30,722 bases of DNA from Gemmatimonadota bacterium. Lineage in GTDB: Bacteria; Gemmatimonadota; Gemmatimonadetes; Palauibacterales; Palauibacteraceae. The stretch is taken from positions 26,513 through 57,234 of the forward strand of contig JBDHAC010000040.1 in assembly GCA_039588275.1 (NCBI GenBank), read 5' to 3'. Below, piece after piece: positions 1 through 8,512 of this stretch. Within the stretch, counting starts at the first letter, position 1. Each line of letters begins with the position of its first letter. Under the pieces are notes generated by a model. The model saw only the letters and a list, made by a program, of their open reading frames with translations, made no database searches and was not told where the DNA came from. The position numbers were made by a program, and so were the translations under genes.

Positions 1-645
<645 letters not shown>

Positions 646-3252
646 CTAGCCGCCGTCTCGCGACAACTTCGCGCTCAGCTTCTCGAGAGCGCCGAGGAGG
701 TCGGGTCGTGACTCCAGCAGTCCCGCCAGAGGATCTTCGGCGAGGGCCCGGGCGCGCCGCGGCATCGTCTTGATCGTGTACTTCTCCATCTTGAGGCCTC
801 TCTTCACCTCCCGCCAGCGAAGCGGGGCCGAAACCGGAGCCCCCGGCAAGGGGCGCACGCTGTACGGCGCCACGACCAGCCGTCCGCGACCGTTTTGGAC
901 GAAATCGATGTAGACCTTGCCCTCGCGCTGCGCGGGAATCCGCACGGTCGTGGCGATCTCGGGTAGCTCGCTCACCACCAGGTTCGCCAGAAGCTGACCC
1001 AGCGAGCGAGACTGCTGGTAATCCAGCTGGCCTCCGAGCGGGATCAGCACGTGCAGACCGCTCGATCCACTGGTCTTCACGAAGGTGGGGAGCTCGATGT
1101 CCTCGCAAAGCTCGCGAATGGCCAGTGCGATCCGGATCACGTCGGTGAACGGAGCCTCCTTGGGATCCAGATCGAGCACGCACCAGTCGGGCCGGTCGAG
1201 GGTCGAGAGGCGGCTGGCCCAGATGTGTAGCGGGATCGTTCCGAGGTTGGCCAGATACACGAGAGATGCGGTGTCGCCAGCGACAAAGTAGTCGATGTCC
1301 CGTTCCGATCCTTCGCTCCAGATCGTCTCGGTTCGGACCCACCGGGGCTGGAATCCGGGCGCGTTCTTCTGGAAGAAGGACTTCCCGTGAATCCCGTCGG
1401 GGTAGCGGGTCAGAACAAGCGGGCGATCCTCGAGGAAAGGAAGCAGCCAGGGACTGATCGTTCGGTAGTACTCGATCAGATCACCCTTGCTGTACCCGTC
1501 ATCGGGCCAGAACGGCTTGTCGAGATTGGAGAGAGGAATCTCGTCCACCGGTGGCGCACCGGCCTGCACCTGCACCGGCTCGTGCAGGACACGGCGCTGG
1601 TGCTCGGGCCGCCGGCATTCCTCGACCGGCATCTCCTCGAGGTCCAGGAAGACGGGCTGCCGGAGCAATCCCTCGTCAGTCCACTCCTTGTAGCGCACGC
1701 GAGCCACGAGCCCGGGCCGAACCCAAGCATGTTCCCGACCTGACGGCCCCGGCCCCTCGAACGGCGGATCGTCGCGGACGGAAGCGTCGAGCGCTCGCCG
1801 GAGATCGCCGAGCTGTGCCTCGTCGAACCCGGTTCCCACGCGTCCGGCGTACACGAGACTCGCCGGCGCATCGGAGTCGGCGCCTGACCCTCGCCCTCGG
1901 TCTGCGCTCCGGTCCGATTCCTCTGACGCCCCGACCTGGCTTTCGTACACGCCGAGATGGAGGGCTCCGAAGCCCGTGCGCGACGCTTTCGGCTGAGTGT
2001 ATCCGATGATCGCGAAGCAGCTCTCCTGCGCGGCATGGACCTTCAGCCATGACGCGGAGCGTCCTCCGACGTACGGACTGTCCGCTCGCTTCGCCATGAT
2101 GCCCTCCAGCCCCATCCCCTGGACTTGCTCGAACAACCGCTCTCCTTCTTCTTCGAAATGCTCGGAGTGCCGCAGCGGGCCCGCCGGCGGAAGCAGAGGG
2201 TGCAGAAGACGCTTGCGATCCGTCAGGGGGAGGCGACGCAGATCGTAGCCCTCGAAACCCAACAGGTCGAACGCATAGAAGGAGGCGGGCCGCTCGACCG
2301 CCGCTCTGCCCACATCGAGCGGGCGGGACAGACGAGCCCGGCCCTGCAGGCGCTGAAAGCTGGGAAGGCCGGAGTCGTCGTGCACGACCACTTCGCCATC
2401 GAGGACCAGGTGCTCGAAGGGGAGCCTGCGGAGAACGCGAGCGATCTCCGGAAAGCTAGCGGTCGCGTCGTGTCCGTTCCGCGTGAGCAGGAGCGGCTCC
2501 CCCGATACCCGGGCCGCCAGCATCCGATACCCGTCGAGCTTCAACTCGAAGAGCCACTCCGGGTCCGAAAAAGCGTCATCCCGCACTTTGGCGAGCATGA
2601 GCTTCACTTTCGTCGGATCCAGCTGCCGCTTCGTCGCCCCGGATGCGGCCAACTCGGCGCGCGTCTCCTCGGCCGCATCCCAACCGTCCCGCGTGTGCGC
2701 CAGCTGCTCGACAGTGAGTCCCGACAGCACGGACTCCTCGGGTAACGACCCATCCTCCAGGATGGGATGTCCGCCCCGGCGTTCGCGGATCAGCAGCCAA
2801 TCCTTGCCGGTGTCGCTCTTCTTGAGCTTCACGAGAGTCCATACGCCGCGCAGCTTGTACCCCCGGAGCTCGAACAGGAGCTTACCCGCCTCCAGGCCTT
2901 CTTCCGGGTCCTCGAGAGGAACCCAGCGCCCGAGGTCCCACACGATCATCTCACCGGCGCCGTACTCGCCTTCCGGAATGATCCCCTCGAACTCCGCGTA
3001 TTCGATCGGGTGATCCTCCACATGGACGGCCAGCTTCTTGTCGACCGGGTCGGGGGAGATCCCTTTTGGCACGGCCCACGACTTCAGAGCTCCACCGAGC
3101 TCCAACCGGAGATCGTAGTGTGTCCGAGTCGCGGCATGTTTCTGGACGACGAACAGACCGGCGCCGGTCGCGACGGTCTCGCCGAAGGGCTCGGGCGTGC
3201 GAGACGGGGATCGCTTGTCCCGGTACGGGGTGAGGGGATCGCGCGGAGTCAT
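646..3252 (-). CDS. ligD: DNA ligase D (NHEJ): 3'-phosphoesterase + ATP-dependent ligase + primase/polymerase domains
   Basis: PE motifs FVVQKHAATRTHYDLRLE, KSWAVPKG, EDHPIEY; ligase motifs ELKLDGYR, LDGE, EGIMAKR, WLKV, YAGRVGTGF; polymerase motifs RYPDG..G..FFQK, DLDP, KTSGSSGLHV. Divergent from ku. Confidence 0.97.
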   Translation of the reverse strand: MTPRDPLTPYRDKRSPSRTPEPFGETVATGAGLFVVQKHAATRTHYDLRLELGGALKSWAVPKGISPDPVDKKLAVHVEDHPIEYAEFEGIIPEGEYGAGEMIVWDLGRWVPLEDPEEGLEAGKLLFELRGYKLRGVWTLVKLKKSDTGKDWLLIRERRGGHPILEDGSLPEESVLSGLTVEQLAHTRDGWDAAEETRAELAASGATKRQLDPTKVKLMLAKVRDDAFSDPEWLFELKLDGYRMLAARVSGEPLLLTRNGHDATASFPEIARVLRRLPFEHLVLDGEVVVHDDSGLPSFQRLQGRARLSRPLDVGRAAVERPASFYAFDLLGFEGYDLRRLPLTDRKRLLHPLLPPAGPLRHSEHFEEEGERLFEQVQGMGLEGIMAKRADSPYVGGRSASWLKVHAAQESCFAIIGYTQPKASRTGFGALHLGVYESQVGASEESDRSADRGRGSGADSDAPASLVYAGRVGTGFDEAQLGDLRRALDASVRDDPPFEGPGPSGREHAWVRPGLVARVRYKEWTDEGLLRQPVFLDLEEMPVEECRRPEHQRRVLHEPVQVQAGAPPVDEIPLSNLDKPFWPDDGYSKGDLIEYYRTISPWLLPFLEDRPLVLTRYPDGIHGKSFFQKNAPGFQPRWVRTETIWSEGSERDIDYFVAGDTASLVYLANLGTIPLHIWASRLSTLDRPDWCVLDLDPKEAPFTDVIRIALAIRELCEDIELPTFVKTSGSSGLHVLIPLGGQLDYQQSRSLGQLLANLVVSELPEIATTVRIPAQREGKVYIDFVQNGRGRLVVAPYSVRPLPGAPVSAPLRWREVKRGLKMEKYTIKTMPRRARALAEDPLAGLLESRPDLLGALEKLSAKLSRDGG

Positions 3253-3258
3253 GCGAGG

Positions 3259-3287
3259 AAGATCGGTGTGGCGGAGTGACGGCTCAA
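3259..3287 (-). promoter_or_regulatory. Candidate sigma70-type promoter for a leaderless ligD transcript
   Basis: Minus strand TTGAGC (3287-3282), 17 nt, GATCTT (3264-3259), 6 nt, ATG (3252); no Shine-Dalgarno upstream of ligD. Confidence 0.35.
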
Positions 3288-3320
3288 GCGACGACCGAGA
3301 GGGGTCTTCGAAGTCGGGTC

Positions 3321-3349
3321 TTGCTCTGCCGGGGTCCTCCGCCTAATTG
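3321..3349 (+). promoter_or_regulatory. Candidate promoter for the intergenic RNA
   Basis: TTGCTC (3321-3326), 17 nt, TAATTG (3344-3349), immediately upstream of the structured element. The -10 is imperfect. Confidence 0.3.
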
Positions 3350-3350
3350 T

Positions 3351-3463
3351 GGCACGAACCGGATGTGCTCAGCACATGATTTTCGCCATCTGCGGCGTAT
3401 AAGCCACGGGAGGGCACCACCCGGTTCGAGGCGGGAAGTCAGACACGACTTCCCGCCTTTTTT
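3351..3463 (+). ncRNA. Candidate structured small RNA (possibly CyVA-1-like; unverified)
   Basis: CGAACCGG (3355-3362) pairs with CCGGTTCG (3421-3428), extended by GTGCTC/GGGCAC (3365-3370/3412-3417); internal hairpin CGCC/GGCG (3384-3397); followed directly by a perfect intrinsic terminator. Confidence 0.55.
3429..3463 (+). terminator. Rho-independent terminator
   Basis: AGGCGGGAAGTC (3429-3440), loop AGACAC, GACTTCCCGCCT (3447-3458): perfect 12-bp stem followed by a T run to 3463. Confidence 0.85.
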
Positions 3464-3598
3464 CCGGCGATGGCCCGGAGCCCGTGCCGAGCGCCTGTCT
3501 ATTATCTTCCAACGCGGTGTGGTCGTCCGTCACGAAGGCCCGTCAACGGCGGCCGGTAGACGACGCGGGAGCAACCGAAGCGGGATGCTGGAGGCTAC

Positions 3599-4447
3599 AT
3601 GAGCGCACGCCCGATCTCGTCAGCGACGATTTCATTCGGACTCGTCTCGATCCCGGTGCAGCTGTACTCGGCGAGCGAGAGCTCGCAGAAGGTCCGCTTC
3701 AACTTTCTCGCGCCCGACGGCGCCAGGGTGAAGCAGCAGTACGTGCACTCCAAGACCGGGGACGTCATCGAGCGGGCGGATCTCCAGAGGGGATACCAGT
3801 TCGCGAAGGACCAATACGTGACGTTCACGCCCGACGAGCTGAAAGCGCTGGAGGCGGAGGCGACGCACGCGATCGAGATCGCGGAGTTCGTGCCGGTCGA
3901 AGCGGTCGAGCGGGCCTACATCGGAAAGGTGTACTACCTCGGATCGGACAAAGGCGGCGCCAAGGCCTACGGCCTTCTAGGGGCGGCGATGAAGGAGACC
4001 GGCTGGGCGGCGCTCGCCAAGTACGCCGCCCGCGGCAAGCAGTACGTCGTGCTGGTGCGTCCGGTGGGCGATCACCTGGTGATGGAACAGCTGTATTACG
4101 CTCATGAGGTGAGAGACATGGGCGCGGTCCCCGCCGGTGACGGCGAGGTGTCCGAAGCCGAGCTCAAGCTCGCCGTCCAGCTCATCGAGCAGATCGCCAG
4201 CGAGGACTTCGAGCCCGGGAAGTACGAGGATGAGGTCGGCCAGCGGATGCTCGCGGCCATCGAGAAGAAGATCGCGGATGGCTCGGAGATCACGGCGCCA
4301 CCGGAAGCGGAGCCGGAGACGCAAGTCATCGATCTGATGGCGGCGCTCAAGGCCAGCGTGGGGAAGAGCGGGGCGGAGACCGGAGGCAAGTCGGCCAAGC
4401 GCGGGAAGACGAAGGCGAGTCGGAAGAAGGCTGTCGGAGACGAGTAG
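3599..4447 (+). CDS. ku: Non-homologous end joining protein Ku
   Basis: N-terminal RPISSATISFGLVSIPVQLYSA, F.PGKYEDE, VIDLMAALKASV and a basic C-terminal tail; GGAGG RBS at 3590-3594; adjacent to ligD. Confidence 0.96.
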   Translation: MSARPISSATISFGLVSIPVQLYSASESSQKVRFNFLAPDGARVKQQYVHSKTGDVIERADLQRGYQFAKDQYVTFTPDELKALEAEATHAIEIAEFVPVEAVERAYIGKVYYLGSDKGGAKAYGLLGAAMKETGWAALAKYAARGKQYVVLVRPVGDHLVMEQLYYAHEVRDMGAVPAGDGEVSEAELKLAVQLIEQIASEDFEPGKYEDEVGQRMLAAIEKKIADGSEITAPPEAEPETQVIDLMAALKASVGKSGAETGGKSAKRGKTKASRKKAVGDE

Positions 4448-4537
4448 CCCGCCTCAGGCGCTTTCGGGCCTCCGGCCCCCACGCTCGTGGCCCGCCGGCC
4501 AGCCCGGCCCCGGGCTCCGGTGCGGCTGTCGCTTCGC

Positions 4538-5281
4538 TCAGGGACGCGCTGGCGCCACCCGGTTGATCGCGGAGCCGAATCCGCCGGTACGACCGATCAA
4601 GCCACGGCCGGTTCCCAAGCGAGGCAGGCTCCCGATACCGCCGGCACGCCCGCTGATTCCAGGCACTCCGATGCTGCCTGGCGTGTCGCAATCGCCGCCC
4701 CCGCCGATGATGGTGACACCGATGCCCCCCGTGCCACCGAGGCCGCCGCCCCGTCTACGTTCGGCGTTGCGGGCCGCATCGCTGGCTGCCTCGAAGTCCA
4801 GCCCGACGTCTCCCGCCGGGCCGCCCCCGCCCGCGCGCAAGACGACGCCGCGCTGGGCGCTCTTGAAACTGACGCTTGCCACGCTGATCTGCTCGGCTAG
4901 CTCGAGGCTCAGCTCGGCCGCGGCGGGCGCGGTGCCAGCGAGGGCCGGGGTCGGCTCGAACGCCGCGAGGGTCGTGCGGGTGCCGTCGGCCCCCGGATCG
5001 GGAGCCTGTGCATCCACCGAACTGGCCGAAGCCGTCGCTGCGACATCGGCGGAGGAGCTCGCGCCGGTCCGCGCGTCGCTGAGTCGCACGATCTCGAGCG
5101 GACGATCTTCCCAGACATCGGCCAGCTCGATCAGCTGTGTCACACGCGCACGGTCTCGTTCGGGGACGGGAGGCACCTCGACCTTCAGGAATGCCAGAAG
5201 CGTGAGGTGAGCCGCGACCGAGACGAGCAGAGCCATGCCGAGTCTCTTCCGATGCCTCTCGCGATAGAGGGCGCGATTCAT
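4538..5281 (-). CDS. Hypothetical single-pass membrane protein with TonB/TolA-like SxxxH anchor and Ala/Gly-rich low-complexity body
   Basis: Strong purine-rich RBS (AGGAGAAGGAGCGGAGG) before ATG; basic N-terminus then TM helix LGMALLVSVAAHLTLLAFL; no recognisable TonB C-terminal domain. Confidence 0.65.
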   Translation of the reverse strand: MNRALYRERHRKRLGMALLVSVAAHLTLLAFLKVEVPPVPERDRARVTQLIELADVWEDRPLEIVRLSDARTGASSSADVAATASASSVDAQAPDPGADGTRTTLAAFEPTPALAGTAPAAAELSLELAEQISVASVSFKSAQRGVVLRAGGGGPAGDVGLDFEAASDAARNAERRRGGGLGGTGGIGVTIIGGGGDCDTPGSIGVPGISGRAGGIGSLPRLGTGRGLIGRTGGFGSAINRVAPARP

Positions 5282-5450
5282 CCTCCGCTCCTTCTCCTCC
5301 GGCCCACCGTCGGGTGGACCGCGTTCCTACCTGGTCGGGCCTCACGCGAACGCGGCCCGCATACACGAGGAAAGGTCACCGATCTCCGGTTCGTTCCCCA
5401 ACGCCGGGCGCTATCCGGCCGAGCACAGTCCGGCGACCCTTAACTCAGAG

Positions 5451-5477
5451 GACGACGCGAGCGAGACTGGCGTCACA
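5451..5477 (-). promoter_or_regulatory. Possible ECF-sigma promoter upstream of the TonB-like gene
   Basis: Minus strand TGTGAC, 17 nt, CGTC resembles the TGTAAC-N16/17-CGTC type of ECF promoters. Confidence 0.2.
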
Positions 5478-5506
5478 ACGGCCGCACGACACCACCGGCG
5501 GGCACC

Positions 5507-6430
5507 CTAGCCCGCCCGGGCCCCCACGAGTGCCACGTGTCGCCCATCGGGACTCACGGCGATCCTCGTGACTCCGCGGATGCCCGCGTCCTCGAGCTCC
5601 GCGAGCAGGCTCCAATCTCCCCCCGCCTCCGGATCCAGCGAGTAGAGCGCGCTCCCCCGGGCCATCAGCAGGAGCCCGTTCGGTGTCCAGGCGTAGTCCT
5701 CGCTCTCTTCCAGCGCGCGCGCGATGGTCTCGACGCGATCGGTTTCCAGGTCCAGCACCTGGATCCACCACTCGTCTCCCTTGGAGAGAAAGCTCACGGC
5801 GTGCCGCCCGGGGACCGCGTGGAGCGACCGGCCGATGTTCTCCGCACGCGGCTGCCCCGACCCGGGTCCGAGGCGAGCGAGGTGGAGTGTGGGGGGGCTC
5901 CCGAGCACGAACAGCGCGACCCGGTCGGCATCCACCCACGCGTGATACCCGACGGGAGCGATGTCGGGCAGGAGCAGCCGGGGATCCGAACCGTCCCCGG
6001 AGAAGCTCCACAACCGCTGTGTCGAATCCGCCTCGACTCGCACGACCGAGAATCGGTTCGCTCCGGGCATCACGGTCGGCGAGTACTCACTCTCGGCGGT
6101 ATGCGTCACGCGCTCCGAACGGTCGGTGGTGAGGTCGTACCGGTAGGTATCGGTCTGGCCGTCGCGCATCGAAGTGTAGAGGAAGGACCGTCCGCCCGCT
6201 TCGAAGGAAGGCTGGTTGTCATACCCGTCACGGTCCGTCACGTTAAACCACGGGCCCAGCGTGATCACGCCGTTCGCCAGCGTCATCTCGGCCACGTAGA
6301 TGTCGGTGGCCGGAGCCTGGGCGTCGGCCGCACCGGGCCGAAGTCCCGCGAGCGCGAGAAGTGCGATTCCAGGGTAGGGTAGTGCACGGGCGCGGGAACG
6401 GATCCTCGCCCTTACATTCGCTCGATTCAT
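5507..6430 (-). CDS. Secreted TolB-like / PD40 beta-propeller protein
   Basis: Signal peptide ending AADA-QAP; blade-like repeats GYDNQPSF, ESEYSPT, VGYHAW, EDYAWTPNG, RIAVSPDG. Start moved to ATG 6430 (GGAGAG RBS) to avoid overlap with the divergent gene. Confidence 0.8.
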   Translation of the reverse strand: MNRANVRARIRSRARALPYPGIALLALAGLRPGAADAQAPATDIYVAEMTLANGVITLGPWFNVTDRDGYDNQPSFEAGGRSFLYTSMRDGQTDTYRYDLTTDRSERVTHTAESEYSPTVMPGANRFSVVRVEADSTQRLWSFSGDGSDPRLLLPDIAPVGYHAWVDADRVALFVLGSPPTLHLARLGPGSGQPRAENIGRSLHAVPGRHAVSFLSKGDEWWIQVLDLETDRVETIARALEESEDYAWTPNGLLLMARGSALYSLDPEAGGDWSLLAELEDAGIRGVTRIAVSPDGRHVALVGARAG

Positions 6431-6453
6431 CTCTCTCTCCACCGGAACGGACA

Positions 6454-6861
6454 ATGACCGCGGGATACTCGGGAACACCCCTCGTGCGCAAACTGGGGAT
6501 CAAGGCGGCATCTCGCATCCACCCCATCGACGCGCCCGCACACTACTGGGATCTGCTCGGGGAGCTCCCGCCCGATGCGCGGGAAGCCGGAGACGATGAG
6601 CGGGACCTGGAGATCGTTCACTTCTTTGCGACCCGTGTCTCCGACGCCATCGCCGGCTTTGAAGCGGGACGGAAGCGCATCGCCTCGAACGGGATGATCT
6701 GGGCGTCGTGGCCGAAGAAGGCATCGGGAGTGCCGTCGGAGTTGGATGGGAATCGGATTCGAGCTCTCGGTCTCGAGCAAGGCCTGGTCGACGTAAAGGT
6801 GTGCGCCGTGGATGAGACCTGGTCGGGACTCAAGTTCGTCATCCCGGTCGCCGACAGATAG
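6454..6861 (+). CDS. DUF3052 family protein
   Basis: MTAGYSGTPLVRKLGIK...G.IW.SWPKKASGV...GLVDVKVCAVDETWSGLKFV is the characteristic DUF3052 pattern; start at ATG 6454. Confidence 0.88.
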   Translation: MTAGYSGTPLVRKLGIKAASRIHPIDAPAHYWDLLGELPPDAREAGDDERDLEIVHFFATRVSDAIAGFEAGRKRIASNGMIWASWPKKASGVPSELDGNRIRALGLEQGLVDVKVCAVDETWSGLKFVIPVADR

Positions 6862-7173
6862 CCGGGTCTTCCCCGGACCGACCCCGAATTCGACGGCGCC
6901 GCGTCCACGCTGGCCGGCGTCGTGCATTCTGCACCGTTCCTCCCGATCCGCGACGGCCCCGAAAGACGCGGAGTCCGGCAATTGCCCGGTAATCATGCGC
7001 TTGGCGGAACGTACGCCGTGGGCGCTCACGGCAGAGAGTTTGCCCGAGATTGACCGGATACGCGCTCGTTACGCGGGCGCGGGTGCGAGAATACTCTTCA
7101 AGGCCGGACGCGCGTGGGGATGGACGACAGCACGGGCCACCGCTTGGCCGACGAATCCGGCGCGCACACCGGG

Positions 7174-8481
7174 ATGCGCACGAGGGTGGTGCCGCTCGCG
7201 GGTGCAGTGCTCGCGTTGGCGCTCGCTCTGCATCTGGGTGCGTCGGCCCGCTCTCCCTCGGCAACGGAGACGGAACCCTCGCTCGCCTCGATCGGTGGCC
7301 GCTCGGCACCGCGATCGCTCCCGCCGGGTAGCTCATCGCGCGGCGGGGAAGGGCTGATCGAGCTACTCCGACCCTCGGGGCTCTCGGTGACCGAGCTCTC
7401 ACACCTGGCCGAGCTCGTGCGACCGCACGTGGATCCGGATGACCTCCCCCGCGGGGTCGTCGCCGCGTACGAGGGTCCGACGCCGGGACCGCCGGAGCGC
7501 ATCACGCTAATCCTGGATCGGGACCGAACGCTCCGGTTCGGTCTGGTGGGCGCCAGGTGGATCGTGCGCCTGGATTCCGTGCCGGTCACGAAAGACACCG
7601 TGGTCGTGGCCGGGCACGTGGACTCCAACCTGTACTCCGCCGCGCTCTCGGGCCAAGTCGGCCGGCTTTCGGTGGCGGAAAAGGGGGATCTGGCTGGACA
7701 CCTTTCGCGTGTATTCGCCTGGCAGATCGACTTCTACCGTGAGGTGAGGCCGCGCGACGCGTTCCGACTCGCCGTGGAGCGCGAACTGCGCCCGGACGGG
7801 AGCGTGCGGCGTTCACGCGTTCTCGCGGCCGAGTACATGAAGGCAGGTAGCCTGTTGACCGCCCTCCGGTTCCGCCCGGCGGATGAGCTCCAGGCCTTCT
7901 TCTACGACCAGGCGGGGGACGCGCTCAAGGGAGCTTTTCTGAAGGCGCCGCTCGACCTTATCCGGGTCACGAGTCGGTTCGGAGGCGGTCGCTACCACCC
8001 CATGCTCGGGAGATACCGGACTCACCGTGGCGTCGACTACGGAGCAGCCGCGGGGACCAGAGTCCGTGCGACCGGCGAGGGCACCGTGGAGCGAGCCGGC
8101 TGGTGGGGGGACTACGGGCTCGTGATCGAGGTGCGGCACGGAGGCGATGTACGCACGCGTTATGCTCATCTGAGTGCCGTCGAGGGAGGTGTCCGGCCCG
8201 GAGCGTCGGTCACGCAGGGGCAAACCATCGGGCGAGTGGGCTCGACCGGTTTGTCGACGGCCCCCCACCTGCACTACGAATTCCTGCTCCGGAGCATCCC
8301 GACGGACCCGGGGCGAATCGACCTGCCGGTCGGGCGACCGATTACCGAAGTGGATAAGGAACGGTTCGCCCGCGCGCGCGCGACGGCGTGGTTGCTGCTG
8401 TCCCGGGTGTCGTGGCCCGGAGATCCGTTCGCCCTGGCGGTCGGCCGCCGGATCGGTGCGGGCGGACACGTCGGGCCCTGA
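7174..8481 (+). CDS. M23 family peptidoglycan DD-metalloendopeptidase (MepM/Csd3-like)
   Basis: N-terminal hydrophobic segment, VFAWQIDFYREVRPRDAF middle domain, HRGVD (HxxxD), RYAHLS and STAPHLHYE zinc motifs. Start 7174 preferred; 7114/7120 possible. Confidence 0.92.
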   Translation: MRTRVVPLAGAVLALALALHLGASARSPSATETEPSLASIGGRSAPRSLPPGSSSRGGEGLIELLRPSGLSVTELSHLAELVRPHVDPDDLPRGVVAAYEGPTPGPPERITLILDRDRTLRFGLVGARWIVRLDSVPVTKDTVVVAGHVDSNLYSAALSGQVGRLSVAEKGDLAGHLSRVFAWQIDFYREVRPRDAFRLAVERELRPDGSVRRSRVLAAEYMKAGSLLTALRFRPADELQAFFYDQAGDALKGAFLKAPLDLIRVTSRFGGGRYHPMLGRYRTHRGVDYGAAAGTRVRATGEGTVERAGWWGDYGLVIEVRHGGDVRTRYAHLSAVEGGVRPGASVTQGQTIGRVGSTGLSTAPHLHYEFLLRSIPTDPGRIDLPVGRPITEVDKERFARARATAWLLLSRVSWPGDPFALAVGRRIGAGGHVGP

Positions 8482-8512
8482 TGCGAGGGCCCGGTCCCCG
8501 GACCCGGCTCGC

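Noticed and set aside
3355..3368. Gram-positive-type LexA (Cheo) box
   Set aside because: CGAAC half-site is present but the second half is not GTTCG at 4-nt spacing.
3376..3402. Mini-ORF MIFAICGV* inside the RNA element as a leader peptide
   Set aside because: No convincing SD, no run of regulatory codons, and no logical link to ku; cannot be fully excluded without ribosome profiling.
3350..3500. Known riboswitch, 6S RNA, tRNA or sigma54 identity for the intergenic element
   Set aside because: Only fragments match: CCACGGGAG and GCCGAGCGCCTG (ZTP-like, but no GACUGGCG or terminal GGGC), GAGGGCACC...GGTTC (6S-like, but too short), CCCGGTTCGAG (T-arm-like, no cloverleaf), TGGCACG (no TTGC at -12).
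3276..3602. 108-aa + strand ORF spanning the ligD-ku spacer
   Set aside because: No recognisable domain, Arg/Pro-rich, and it runs through a perfect intrinsic terminator.
4563..5210. 215-aa Pro-rich + strand ORF
   Set aside because: Antisense to the Gly-rich minus-strand gene, which has the strong RBS and TM helix.
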